In this document: positions 46,489 to 60,278 of the stretch, piece after piece
How positions within the stretch are numbered: the stretch's first letter is position 1
Layout: each line of letters starts with the position of its first letter
NCBI GenBank assembly: GCA_965287045.1
Contig: OZ336871.1
Coordinates: forward strand, 92,256,001-92,320,000
Reading direction: 5' to 3'
DNA from: Carcharhinus amblyrhynchos
Lineage: Eukaryota
Length of the DNA stretch: 64,000 nt
Translations under genes and position numbers: made by a program
The notes under the pieces: generated by a model
The model's database searches: none
The model's input: only the letters and a program-made list of their open reading frames with translations
Told to the model about the DNA's origin: nothing

Positions 46489-46550
46489 TATGCCTTGTTT
46501 GTGAACCTACCTTCACTCCACCTGATGAAGGAACAGCACTCCGAAAGCTC
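46489..46550 (+). ncRNA. Penelope-like fragment with hammerhead ribozyme core (CUGAUGA...CGAAAG)
   Basis: CCTGATGAAGGAACAGCACTCCGAAAGC; homologous to 609-670. Stem III and the cleavage site look disrupted. Confidence 0.5.
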
Positions 46551-49500
46551 ATGTTGATAACAGAGACGTTTCTGTGGTCCTGTTCCACCAGCATAAGTGC
46601 TCTGGTAAGGAACCTCTACCTGCCTTTGCTTAAACTAGAAACTCATTTCCAAATTCCTGGGAATGGAATGACTTACACAACAAGGACTGGCACCTAGAAA
46701 GGCATTTTCTGAGCTCAGCTTGCGTCAATCCAGCTATGAAAAGCAGAGTAAAATCCTGCAGAAATAGGCTAAAGGACTTGTTTTTTATAAAGCCTTCACT
46801 ACTGACAGCAAGCACTTTGCATACAAACTGTGGTGAGCTCTCTCCTGCACTGATATACTGATCATGCAGTATTTCATCCCTTCTATTTATTAGCAATAAA
46901 TTCAATTTTGTCAATAACTCTTGACAACAATTTTTTTGAAGTGAATACTTTTCCATTAATCACCATTTTTAGGTATATTGTTAATATCTTTGTATTTACA
47001 GGGCTTCTTAGTGGAATTGGAACTGCTGTGGTGCCATTACTTGAGAGAAAAATCTTGAAGCAGTTATTTTATAATATTCGTGTCAGTACTGATACTTTCA
47101 GAAGGAAATTGAAAGATTTCTTTTCAACTTTTGCCTAGCATTGATTATATATGAAGTAACAAATATTCTGCACAGACATAAAACACAAGGATGAAAGGGC
47201 ACAGAAGGACAAAAGGACAGTTCTTATTCATCAATAATTTAAGCTTTGATGAAACTTCATTATGTGTATATATTTTAAAATGGGTATTGAAAAGGATCTG
47301 CCTTTGTAGTTTGCCTTTACATCCTTCCTAATTTATTCCTTGGTCCTTAGAATATTTTTAATTAAGTAGTAAGTAATGAGATCGGTCTCACCCAAGTAAT
47401 TTATTCAACAGTGCAGTAAGTGGAAGCTGCCTAATTAACAAAGTACAGGCAAGATTGCTGAACTACCCTCGGTTATTGACAGCATCGATTGACCTTCATT
47501 CAGCTTGCTGACACCATCAGGCTTACTAATTCGTCTCACACAGTTCCCTGTCAAAACTCTCCCCCCACGTCAACCCTCCCTCCCAATCCCACCATCCCAT
47601 CTAAGTGCTTTGATTTGCACTCTGCATCTAATAGTTTGTCCTTTTTCACAGGAGAATGTGGCGTGGGTGGTGGGGGGGGGGGGGGGCATTTATTCTAATG
47701 AGATGGAGAGGAGCACTCCATGATCAACAAAGCCCTGTTCTGTTTTGAGAGAATAGAACAGAATCATAAAATTCATACAGTGCAGAAGGAGGCCATTTGG
47801 CCCATCAATTCTGCACTGGCAACAATCTCACCCAGGCCCTATCCCCAGAAGCCCAATCCTTCTCTCATTTGACTTTACCAGGCATGAAAGTCGGCCATTG
47901 GGGGGGCCTGATGATTGCCATCAGATTTCAATCTGCATATTTTAAATCCTGTGGCTTCAGGTAAGTAAGATTTTGCATTAGAACCCAATCTTATTTATCG
48001 TTTTGAGGAATATCGTTTTTCTGGACCTGCTCAGAAAATTTAATACTAAATATGGCACAACTCAGATGGGACCTGAGCAAGTAAGTCACCCAGTTGATAT
48101 TAATTGTTTAATATCTCCTGGATTTCAAAGGCAGGTAGGGTTAAGATTGATCCTAGTATTACTGTAAAGTGAGTATCTAAGGTGGAGTTCTCCCATCCCG
48201 CCCTCGATGGGTTTGGTGATAAAAAGGACCAGAGAATCTAATGGGAGTCAAAATGTCGGAAATCCGCTGGTGTACAAAACATGTTGCAATTTTTCCAATA
48301 TGTGTTAATGGTGACTTCCTACTGGCTGGTGGCATGAATGGTCAACACCATTTGCATCTTATGAAAGCTCATTAAAACAGCTAGCCACTGGAATCCTGCC
48401 AAGCATTTCAATCTCGCCAACAAGAAATCACTTTGGTCTCAAACACAATTGATAAAAAGTGGTGTGCAAGTTGGTCTTCAGTTCGCAAGAGATTTCAAGG
48501 TGAGTGTAACATACAAAGCTGACCTGTTACTGGGCTGTGCTGCTCACGCCAGAGTAAAATTTGGTTGGTCTAAAACCTGATTGCTACGGGATGGCGTGCA
48601 CAAGGTGGTCATCAGTTTTCAAGAGAGTTTGAGGTGAGTGCAACAAAGCCCACCTGCTATAATGCTGCACTGCTCCTGATGGGCTATACATCCCTCTGCT
48701 GGGACAGACCAGTGCCTGCCCTCCATTTCCATGCCAAGTTGACCTTTATGGACAGCACTGTGCTGCTGGACCTGTGGACTTTCCTGTGTCACCATCTTGG
48801 ATCAGTACTGCACATTGGTTTGGGGAGTACATCTCAACACAGATAAAATGGCATCTTTCAAATCAAAAATAAGATCAGTTCTGTGTGGAATGTAGCCCTG
48901 AAGATTGAAGGCCCGCAATTGCATCAATTCTGCCATCCCATCACTGAAGAAAAGTCACAGGTTAACAATTATCGCCATCCATCAGCAGCCAAATAGATTT
49001 CATTCATTCACCACCAGCAATCACAAGCTCATAGTTATGCCACAGCAAAGAGCGGAGTTCAGAGCCACATAGGCTCAATCCTGCAATTCACAAGCTCTCA
49101 ATGTCCTGTCATTAGGAATTTCTCTCTGTTACCTACTGCGTTGAGGCTTCCCAAAGTCTTTTACTTGATCCCATTTTTCAGGGTTGGGTACCTGGATGGC
49201 TGATTGTCAAGGCCTTTTTGCCCTATAAAAATTTGCTTTATCGCAGAAGATCCAATAAAATGATGGGCCCTTTCTCTAAATTGTGGGTTGAAAAGCCCAC
49301 CTTCAATGCCATTCGCATGTCATCAGCTTCTTGGAGGTTTGCACGTACCTTGTGTCCTTGATCAATCACCATTTCCTTCTTACACCTAAAGCTGTTCCCC
49401 ATGACCAGTTCTATCCTGCCAAGAAACATTTCACCTCTGGCCTTCAAAGCTAATTTACATTTCACTATTTCTATCTGTTCGACTAACAGCTATTAACATC

Positions 49501-50441
49501 TAAAGCTGTTCATAAGGTCTGTTAATGAGCTATTCATCAATGCAATTCAGTCCAGTATTTATTGTTTCTTATCGAACTGTTGGATAATGAAGTAGTTCAC
49601 CACTGTAACTCCCAATCTACTTCCACACACGAATTAACTCTCATTCTAACAGAGTCCTCATTATACAAGGTTGAATAAAAAGCCTAACACCATTTTGTGG
49701 TGTGGTTATCTACTTAAACATTTATCCAGCTACAGCCCATGTGCTGGCTCATTACACAATAATTTCACTAGCTCTGTTTCCAGAGTAACAATACCCTAAG
49801 CAGTTCCCAGTAAAATGTAACTTGCAATTTAAGTAGTGGTACAGGAGAGAAATAAAATGATTGAATTTGGGTTGGTAATGACATGCGGAAGTATCAACAG
49901 CATAAATCCTTCATCCAAATCATGGCTGGTATGCATGAATAGCTTTCTTTCATCTTTTTATCTTTTCTTCTTAGAGTTCACATCTTCATGACTGCTGAGA
50001 CCACCCAAGTGTGTCTGTATTTAGAATATCTATATTTAATTCTTAGGGCCAGATTTTCACTCCAGAGGCAGACTGCACGAGTCGAGAAATATCCCAGCTC
50101 AGCAAGCCCGCCTCAGGAGAAAGTGTCAATTTTCACTAGGCCTCTCCAGTGCAGTGCCATCAGCAGTCACTACACCTCCTGAGAGCTACCGGGCTGGCAG
50201 CACTTGGCATGCTGATCATCAACCCTTGAGGGCATTGGTCCTGGGAAAACTTGTTGCTGGCCAGTTGAGTGCCTGAGAGGCACCTAATTTGGCAAGTTTT
50301 CCCCAAAAGAGGCAGCACACAGCTCTCAGTGTATCTACAACCAGTGTATGAAATCGCCATCAAATGGCACCCATTATGTGCCTTTGTGCAAGGCAGGTGT
50401 AACTCCTGTGTCAGGAAAGACCCTTACAACATAATGTGTTC

Positions 50442-51179
50442 TTTGATTTGATTTGATTTGATTTATTATTGTTGCATGTATTGGTATACAGTGAAAAGTA
50501 ATGTTTCTTGCGCACTATCCAGACAAATCATACTGTACATAGAGTACATAGGGGAGAAGGAAAGAAGAGGGTGCAGAATATAGTGTTATAGTCATAGCTA
50601 AGGTGTAGAGAAAGATCAACTTAATGTGAGGTTTGTCCATTCAAAAGTCTGACAGCAGCAGGGAAGAAGCTGTTCTTGAGCTGGTTGGTACATGATCTGA
50701 CTTTTGTAACTTTTCCTCAATGGAAGAAATGGAAAAAAAGTATGGCCAGGATACTTGTGGTCCTTGATTATGCTGGCTGTTTCTCCGAGGCAGCAGGAAG
50801 TTTAGATGGAGTCAATGGACGGGAGGCTGGTTTGCGTGATGGACTAGGCAATGTTCACAACCCTTTGTAGTTTCTTGTGGCCTTGGTCACAGCAGGAGTC
50901 ATACTAAGCTGTGATACATCTGGAAAGGATGCTTCCTAGGATGCATCCTATGGTGCATCTATAAAAATTGTTGAGAACCATAGCAGGCATGCCAAATTTC
51001 TTTTACTCCTGAGGAAGTAGAGGAGTAATTAGGCTTTCTTAAATGCAGTGTTGGCATGCAAGGACCATAACAGATTGTTGGTGATCTGGACACCTAGAAA
51101 CTTGAAGCTCTCAACCATTTCCACTTCGTCCCCCTTAATGTAGACAGGGATATGTCCTCGGCTACACTTCCTGAAGTTG
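50442..51179 (-). mobile_element. Rex1/Babar-like LINE 3' fragment
   Basis: Collinear with 1638-2309; (AAATC)n tail. Confidence 0.8.
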
Positions 51180-52544
51180 GAATGTTTTTGAAATACCGGT
51201 TCTGACTCTCATACAAAGAGCAAAACTTGTATTGAAAACTCCATATTATTCAAAATTAAACTGCTGAATGTGAATAGTTGTGATAGAAGCAGCTCAGTAT
51301 TTTTTAAAGTAATTATTCTTCTGAATTCTAAAACAGTTTATACTATAATAGGCCCATGAGTAGGATAGAAACATAACTGTGATTAATTAGAAATAATTTA
51401 ACAAACAATAACTTAATAAATATTCATTAAGTATCTGTCAGTTACATGTATGATGTGACAGCATCAGATTCTGGGCTGATATGTGGCTTAAATTTGACAT
51501 GGAGCTGCCCGAATTCCCATCCTGTAAGGTGAATACATAGGAAAGGTAGGAAAAGGTTACACTTGTAAAGAGGCAGGGTGCACAGCTTGAAGTTCAGCTA
51601 GATACACTACACGCCTCACAGGAAAGTATCATCATTCTAAATGATGAAATCCCTGGTTAACAGAATGAGAGAACCTGGCTAAGGAGATGATCAATAAGCA
51701 GAGTAAACAGCAAGTTCCTCAGAGACTGACAAGAGTCAGAGAAAACTCGACAGATCGATGGTCTTCACCTAAACTGGAGAGACACCAGGCAGAATTTAAC
51801 GCAAGCTGTCAAAGTGGGTTTCATGGCAGGTCAAGTCCCAGAATCAGTCAGGATTAGATGGGAAGCATTCCCGATGGTGGGAACTGATGCCTGGATTAAA
51901 TCGCAGGCTGGAAAGTAGCAAGGTAACAAATCCATGTCAACACAGCTAGAAAATAATGGAGGTAATTAAGAAAGCTATGTTAGTGAATGGGACTAAATGT
52001 ACTTTTGCTGATTAAGTGAGTGGTGAATGGCGGTCACAACCCTGACAAGTGTAAACTGGTGATGCTGAAGCAGGTAGATGGATACTCAGCCAGCTAGTTG
52101 CTGCATTCCACTGGCAGATCGAAAGGATTTGCAAAGTCGCTGTCTAAGGGACCAAGATCAGGTGGGGAAGAGTCTGATGGAACAGTCTGAGGGTCAAAGA
52201 TCAGGGGGAGGCCTGGAAGGGAAAAACAGCTCAGACCAGTAATCCTATATCCCCATTTTACTGCTGTTCAATTCTAAAGTATACAAGACCAGTTCAGAAC
52301 AATATTCTTATTTAGTCATTTTACTTCTTCTCAGAGGTCCTGATGGAACAGTCTGAGGGACAAAGATCAGATTGTGTGCCCCAGGGACATTTTTCTCAAC
52401 TTAGCCTGAGCCTTGGCATGTGAAATACATGATAATGCAAAATGATCCCAGAATGTTGTATTAGAATATTATCACCAATCGTGATTTTATTAAGATTAAT
52501 CTTATGGCGCCCTAATATGGAACAGGATTAATGCTCTTCATGGT

Positions 52545-52877
52545 ATCATAGAATCCCTTCATGCAGAAGGAGGCCATTCAGTCCATCGAGACTGCACTGA
52601 CCATAATCCCACCCAGGCACCATCCCTGTAACCCCACATATTTACGTCGCTAATCCCTCTAACCTACACATCCCAGGATACTAGGAGGCAATTTAGCAGA
52701 CCAATGCACGGAACCATCACGTCTTTGGATGTGGGAGGAAACCGGAGTACCCAGAGGAAACCCATGCAGAAATGGGAAGAACATACAGACTCCACACAGA
52801 CAGTGACTCAAGCCAGGAATCGAACCCAGGTTCCTGGAGCTGTGAGGCAGCAGTGCCACTGTGTCACCATGCCACCC
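52545..52877 (-). mobile_element. V-SINE with CR1 tail
   Basis: GGTGGCATGGTGACACAGTGGCACTGCTGCCTCACAGC head, GGTTCGATTCC, V-domain. Confidence 0.85.
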
Positions 52878-53824
52878 ATAAAATAGCAGAGGATGGTTCT
52901 GTTCTGTCTATCGACAGTATAAGTCAGCCCATATTGATTTTTAATTGAGATCACAGCCTGAGCGAAGCAGTGCTGAGAGCAGTATCAGCAGATGCCAGCG
53001 GCAACATTATCGGTGGGAGCAGCAAAAGGACTCTTCATTCCATGTTATCCGACGGGCATTTTGGGGGGGGTCACCTAACAGCTAACCCCCAGCTATTGCT
53101 GCCAAGTCCTCTCCTCAACCTCTACCCTGAAGACAGAAAATAACCATTTTATTGCTGAATATAAATGTATATCTTGGCATTATTCAATTTTAAGTTCTTA
53201 AGCTGACAAACAATAGACTGGAAAAATTGACATTTTGAGCTCTTACCCAGATCCACAATAATCTTTTTTTCTTTTAACCAAGTGGCTATTATATTCAAAT
53301 CCATGTGAATATTGGTAGCAAAGGAAGAGACCCAGAAGTGTTAAGAATTTGAGAACCTATCCGCTGGCATCACATATCACAGCATAGTGATAATTTAGAT
53401 GAAAGGCTTTTCTTTTTAAAGACTCATTTGAATCCATTTGTCATCATCTGAAACAGAGTTGACAATGAGACGAGATATTACTGTGAGCATTTACTTCTCT
53501 GATGTAAAAACAGTATGTAAAACTATCTAGCCTGGAGATCATTGTTTCTGAGATTGGAATTAGATTGATATGAGTTGCTCTTTCAAGAATGGAAACTTTA
53601 GCTCATCACCTGATTTTTATTAAAAGAAACTGATGGAAAACAGTCTCAGACATTCCTGCATAACAAGAAAGAAAGTTTCTCTTGGGGTGAAATGAAATTG
53701 AACATTGAAAGAACCTTTGAATCCAAGGATACTGATATTTGAATTTGGGGTAATTTTGAAACAATAAATATAACATATTGCTTTTGGGAAACAAAAGGCA
53801 AACTAAAATAAAGAACTAACAAAA

Positions 53825-53940
53825 TGGACAGAATTTTACCGCCAACTCCGAGTTCAGCAAAGCTCGCAGAATGGAATTCTCCATTGGCTTTGGGTAGGGT
53901 TTAATGAGCCTCACCCAAGTGAGGTCGCAAATTCCCGCCC
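53825..53940. mobile_element. MITE-like element; related copies at 54089-54180 and 55889-56015
   Basis: GGACAGAATTTTACC...AAATTCCCGCCC; shares GCTCGCAGAA..ATTCTCCATTGG..GAGCCTC with 55889-56015. Confidence 0.55.
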
Positions 53941-56900
53941 AATGTGTTAATAACTGAGACCTTGTGGAAATGTTTGATTCATATTGTTAAAATATTATGG
54001 GAGCATTGTATTAGACAATGAAATTCCTCCAGAGGTCATGAATGACAGAATGGTAATAATGGGATGTTCCATTTAAGATAAAAGATAGAGGCTGGAATTT
54101 TACTGGCACACCCACCCCAGAATCTTGGAGCCTGGCCCAAGCGAGATTATAAAATCCTGACAAGCAGGTGGGTGAGAAAATCACTATTGACTACATACTA
54201 TTTTCTTTTTGTAAATAACTTATACTTTATGCTACATAAACTATGGAGGTCTTGTGATACAGTCAATGTCTGTAGAATGCATCTCTTCAACTAGGTCTAT
54301 CTCCCTGCCGAATCCAGCTTTGGTAGCTCACAAAATATCTGCAGCCACCAACTATTGTTCTTTTCCACCATTTCTTCTGCCCAAAGGTTTGGAGTCTATC
54401 CACTGTTTGCACACCACCCTTGCTTTTGTTCTTAGGTGCCCCTTGCTCAACAGGTCCCTTCACTAAGCCAAACTTGTTAGGCAAAATTCAGAATAGCCAC
54501 ATTACTTCCTTCATGTTAAACTAAATGTAAAGACAGCAGAACATAGCAATCTTATAAACCTCAGAACTGTGACAAAGGATGAAACTGGACACTAAAGAAA
54601 AGTCTGTGCAGATCATTCCACTAATGAGGTGGAGAAAGAAAAATTAGTAAAGAAAACTAATGAGACATGAGTGAAGAATGTCTTGCCCTGAGATAACTGC
54701 AGGTCCCAAGAATAGTTCAGTAGTAACCTGTATTCAAAAGGAGCCCATACCATAATGCTAGACATGAAACTGAGCTGGTGACATTTAACCTGTCAGAAAT
54801 TCAAATGTTAAAAGGGCTCTGCAACTTATGAAATATTATTCAGCAATGTGGTACAACAAACAGTTAAGAAGTTTATGAAAAGGAATGTTGCAAAGTCAGT
54901 GATGACCATTGCACCACTCTCCATATTCCTGTCAAGGTGAGCAACACAAGAGGTTAAAGTAAGTGATAGAAGGTATAAACCATGTGAGAAGGAGAGGAGG
55001 ATTGGGAGAGTGAATAGTACAAAGAGATAGAGCAGGTCTTGCAGTTTGTAATCAAATAGATGTCAATACAGGAACATGGTGAGGGCATGAGGGGAAGTTT
55101 AACCAAAAAGAATAAGAGAGATTGAAACTAAATGAAAGAGTGATGGTGGGGAGGGTGAGGTTTGGAGTGGGCTAAAATCAACATTGATACAATCCAGGAT
55201 TTTCATCAAGTCTGAGACAAGAGTAATGAGATAATTAAAGCACCTGAAGAAAATCTTTATGAAATGATTCAAGCAGGAAATCCAGAAACAAGAAAGACCA
55301 GGCTAATATGAGTCAGCCTATAGTGCTAAACATCCCGGTTGAAAATGTCTAATCTATTCTTGGTGACAGCTGAATTATTTATGTTGATGATTCTAATAAT
55401 TTTGCTATGTTTCCTACGGGACCAATTAAGAAGTTAGGAAAATGGGCCAATAACTTAAAAATAGCTTAATTATAATCAGGAGCCAACTATGTGAAGGCAA
55501 TAAGAATATTTCCTTCTCAAGTGGGGAGTTGCAAGAAGTGAGAGTCTAATCACCTTATTAAACTGGGTGGGATAGAAATATGTTTTTTTTCTCTAGTCAG
55601 AAGGTTTCAGAGTCTACTTCAATGATGCAAAGCTATGTAATTCATGATCATTAACTGCTTAAGGACATCACATGGAAGCAGATCTTTGTGTAAGTCTGTT
55701 AAGAGGCTGAGAGAAGGAGTCATAACCCACATACCTAGATAAGTTCTCTAGGTGAAGATATCAAGATGTCCTCATAAGAAGTAAGCAAAGATAATCTCTT
55801 AGGGCTCTGATTTACACTATGGTGGATGCAATTTGACACTAATTGGTAATTGGACAACTGCATGATAAAATGAAAATAATTGACATGAGGGCCACAATTT
55901 TACTGGTACACCTGCCTCGATTCTGGGACGGGCAAGGCTCGCAGAACAGCATTCTCCATTGGTCTCAGGCAGGATGTTACGAGCCTCGGGTGTGCAAGGC
56001 GGTAAAATTCTGGCAGAGGTACCTACTAGCCCCTAAAAATGAAATACTTAAATGGACAGCTGGGTTGGGAAAGCTCCCTGAAATTGATATACTCTAGTTT
56101 CTTTTCAACACATCAGCCCTCTTCCTAGACAAACAAAGAATAAATTGTTATCGGAGGCTACGGAGATCAATTTATTCCAACTCATTCTGTCTCTCCCTCT
56201 CGCAGTCACTCAAAGTGACAAGAATACCTGCCTGTGGCAAGAGCTTGTGTATGAGGATGCTGTTGTACAGAAGTTACTACATGGTTCTGGTGACTTCCTG
56301 CTCTTACTGCTTTCCATAGATGTATTGGAAGGATTTACAGGTTAACAGTCAGCTTGCTTTGCCACACCACACAAGCATCTTCCGTGGTTATCAAGTCCTG
56401 AGGTGGAACTGGAACCTGGACCGTCTGGCTCATGGGTAGGGGCACCTCAAGACCAGTCTCATTCATCTGTCTGACCAATCAGGAACCAATTAACCATCAT
56501 CATGTTATTTGTTGTATGTCCACTACATCTATTTATGTTTTGTATTGCTTCTCATCGCTTTTGATTCATCCACTATTTTGAGTCATCAAAGAGCTTGATT
56601 GTACTGCAGGAGCATGAGGGTAGGTACAGGCACCTGGAACACAGGCAGTAAGGGAAAGCAGAATCAAGAGTTGAGAATTGTGTTCATTACTGGAAAATCT
56701 GTTGTATAAAGTTACTGTGGAATAGTTGTTTTGTGTTGCTTTTTATTTCAGGATGTTCGCCAAAAGGACATGTGGGATAGTCCACAACAGGCAGATGGAA
56801 AGGAGTGAAGTAATAATGATCAGGGAGTCTTTTTATGGAAGTCTGGGGAGACATTCAGAGACAGCAGTCTTAAGAAATGATGTTCTTGCTGCCTCCTCCC

Positions 56901-56999
56901 TTCTTACATTTCCTCCGTCTCTTCATCTTCTTTTTGGGGTGGCTATAGATGGCCTAGTGATAAGGGCTGCACCCTTATGACTGATAGACTGTGAAGGAC

Positions 57000-57530
57000 T
57001 CTGGAGTATCTGGAGAACTGTGTCTAGTTACGAATACCAAACGTCACCAAAAATATATTGTCCTTGGAGGGGGTAGAGCGCAGATCCACCAAAATAATAC
57101 CAGAGAGTACAGAGTTAAATTATAAGGCTAATTTCCATATATTTGATTTGTATTCTCTTGAATTAAGGCAGTTGAGATGTATTTTCAAAATGTTTAAAAT
57201 GATAATAGGATTCATCTGCACAGGTGAAAATTCTGTAAAGGGGAAATCCAGGGGGCACAATTTTAAAAGTGAGCTAAACCATTTAGGAGTGAAACTTCAA
57301 AGTAATTTTTCACACAAATGAGAATGGAGTTCTGAAACTCAGTCCAAAAAAAGTGCATGGATGTTGCATCAATTGAAAGTTTCAAAAGTGAGATTGTTTG
57401 GGTTTCAAGGGATATGGAATAAAGATGGATAAATCGAGTTGAGTCATCATCAGATTAACCGCGACCTAATAGAATAGTCAAACAGGCTTGAAGGGCTAAA
57501 TGGTCTACTCATGTTCCTAAGTTTCCTATG
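57000..57530 (+). mobile_element. Decayed CR1 3' region
   Basis: SLEGVERRSTKIIP..LYSLELRQLR..KSRGHNFK. Confidence 0.7.
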
Positions 57531-58949
57531 TCTGGTAGAAACTAAAGTTATAAGTATTGTATATTGCTCTTAGGAGTAAGCCAACATTATAGTTCAAAAA
57601 TGATGACAGTTGAATGCATGTATTGCCAAAATTGCAAAACAGAGTCCTTAATATTTTTTAAAAAACTGCAGCCAGGAAACTCCGAAGGAAGCAGCATTTA
57701 CTACATGTGAACAGCTGCAACTGACAGCTCTGACATTACTATCAAGATTAGGACATCAAACTTCTGCAGCTTTTATGAAGTAATGCTGATAATTCTTGGT
57801 ACTGAGATTTTGGTTCACTACAAGATAAGTTAATGCTTTAATATCCTCACTGCCTGCCAGCAACAAAGACATCAATTTATTCATTCAATGCAAAAGTGGT
57901 TGTTTAGATTTAAGTTCACACAATAAATGATAAAGTGGGCTTACCTGGGCTTGGAAAGGAGATGGAGTAGCTCACTATTCATTTAATGTTATTTCGCCAT
58001 CCTATGTGACATTCATGTGACAAAAGTGGGGAGATTATGTTTTACTTGTACAAGATATTGGTGAGATGACATCTGGAATGTTGTACTTAAGGAAAGATAT
58101 AAGGCCTGATTCTCTTGTTTTGAGGCTAAGTGTTCATGCTGATGTGAAAACAAGAGTGGTTTGCGAAAAAGGAAGTGAAAGTACAGGCTGTCAACCAGGC
58201 TTAGAATCTATAAACATTGTGTCAGGATCAATGGAGTACTTCAGATCCATTTAAGCATGAAGGAAATGAAAGTAAACACAGGTGGCTGGTGGATGACAGA
58301 AATCTGTTGAGCTGTCAATGGAATCATTTTCAAGGCACTGCACATTGAATTTGTAGAAGAATAAACAGTTCCATTGGAATGGAGAGGGTTTCAAAGATTT
58401 CATCTTGCTACGAAACCTCAGACGCTTCACATCAACGTGTGTGCATACATTGTGGCTGAGTGCAGAGCTGTGCAGAATGGAACTCGCTTCCCTCCAGGTG
58501 AAATTGGCATCTCCTCTTCAAAAGGGCCTGCAGCTTCTAAAAGGGTGAAAGGAAAATCTCTGCTGTTGAATGGTGCGCTGCAATGATTTAAAAGTTTGCT
58601 AGGTGACCATGGGAGTATGGAGATTAAAGTGACCTCTTCAGAATCTTCACAGCTGACAGGCAGGGAAGGCAGACACTGATCACAGGACTGCTGAAATCAC
58701 CATGCCAGGGTGATTTTCATGTCTGCCAGGGCTGGAAGAGGCAGTCCAACCATGACACTCCCATCCCAATGGAGAGTGCTGTGTCAACTCCTAGCACCCA
58801 GCCCGAGCCCACCCAATCCCAGGACCCTTGAGGGACCTTACATCTGCAGCCTGAGAACAGAAGATGGGGAAATGGCCACTGAACCAACTCTTTGAGCCCC
58901 CTCAGGGCCTAAGGCACTAGGTAAGTGCCAGGGTGCTGAAGACATTCAG

Positions 58950-60278
58950 TTGTTGGAAGATATTTTGAGAGACAGGATCTATAGTCATTTAGAGACACAA
59001 GGACAGATTAGGGATAGTCAGCATGTCTTTGTGAGTGGAAAATCATGTTTTACAAATTTGACTGAGTTTTTTGAAGGGGTAGCCAAGAAAGTAGGTGAGG
59101 CCAGTGCAGTTGATGTTGTCTACATGGACTTTAGCAAAGCCTTTGACAAGCTACCACATGGTACGTATTTCATAAGGTTAAATCTCACGGGAACCAGGGT
59201 GAGGTAGCTAAATGGATACAAAATTGTCTTGATGAGATAACCAGAGGGTGGTTGTAGGGGGTTGTTTTTCAAACTGGACTTGTGACCCAACGGTGTGCCT
59301 CAAGGATCAGTGCTGGGTCCACTGTTATTGTCATTTAATGATTTGGATGAGAATATAGGAAGCATGGCAAGTAAGTTTGCAGATGACACCAAGATTAGTG
59401 GCATACTAGATAGTGAAGAAAGTTATCTCCAATTGCAACAGGATCTTGATCAATTGGGCCAGGGGGCTGACAAATGGCAGATGGAGTTTAATTTTGATAA
59501 ATGTGAGGTGATGCATTTTGGTAGATTGAACCAGGGCAGGACTTACTCAGTTAATGGTAGGGCATTGGGGAGAGTTACAGATCAAAGAGATCTAGGGGAA
59601 CATGTTCATAGCTCCTTGAAAGTGAGTCACAGGTGGACAGAGTGGTGAAGAAAGCATTCGGCATGCTTGGTTTCAGCAGTCAGAACATTGAGTACAGGAG
59701 TTGGGACATCTTGTTGAAGTTGTACAAGACATTAGTCAGGCCACACTTGGAATACTGTGTACAGTTCTGGCACCATATTGTAGAAAGGACATTATTAAAC
59801 TAGAAAGAGTGCAGAAAACCCGGACTTGATGTTTTGAGTTATGAAGAGAGGCTGGATAGACTGGGACGTTTTTCTCTGGAGAGTAGAGGCTGCGGAGTGA
59901 ACGTATAGAGACCTATAAAATAATGAGGACATAGATCAGCTAGATAGTCAATATCTTTTCCCTAGGATGGGTGAGTCTAAAACTAGAGGGCATAGGTTTA
60001 AAGTGAGAAGGGAGAGAAACAAAAGTGTTCAGAGGGGCAATTTTTTCACACAGAGGGTGGTGAGTGCCTGGAACAAGCTGCCAGAGATAGTAATAGAAGA
60101 GGGTACAATTTTGTCTTTTAAAAAGCGTTTAGACAATTATATGGGTAAGATGGGTATAGAGATTTATGGGCCAAATGTGGGCAATTGGGATTAGTTTAGG
60201 GGTTTTAAAAAAAAGGGCAGCATGGGCAAGTTGGGTCAAAGGGCCTGTTTCCATGCTGTAAACCTCTATGACTCTATG
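58950..60278 (+). mobile_element. Older CR1 LINE, RT region to tail; a separate CR1 3' fragment follows at about 60340-60560
   Basis: DSQHVFVSGKSCFTNL, DFSKAFDKLPH, PQGSVLGP, KFADDTK, KTRGHRFKV; (CTCTATGA)n tail. Confidence 0.9.

Noticed and set aside
47882-47960. Plus-strand exon bounded by TTTACCAG| and CAG|GTAAGT
   Set aside because: It lies in repeat-derived sequence next to a SINE tail and gives no recognisable peptide.
49604-49756. Mini solo LTR (TGTAA...TTACA with AATAAA); similar at 27651-27894 and 45100-45316
   Set aside because: No TSD and no second copy in the window; too weak to call.
57945-58001. Minus-strand exon ending CAG|GTAAG
   Set aside because: Weak acceptor and stops in all three frames.
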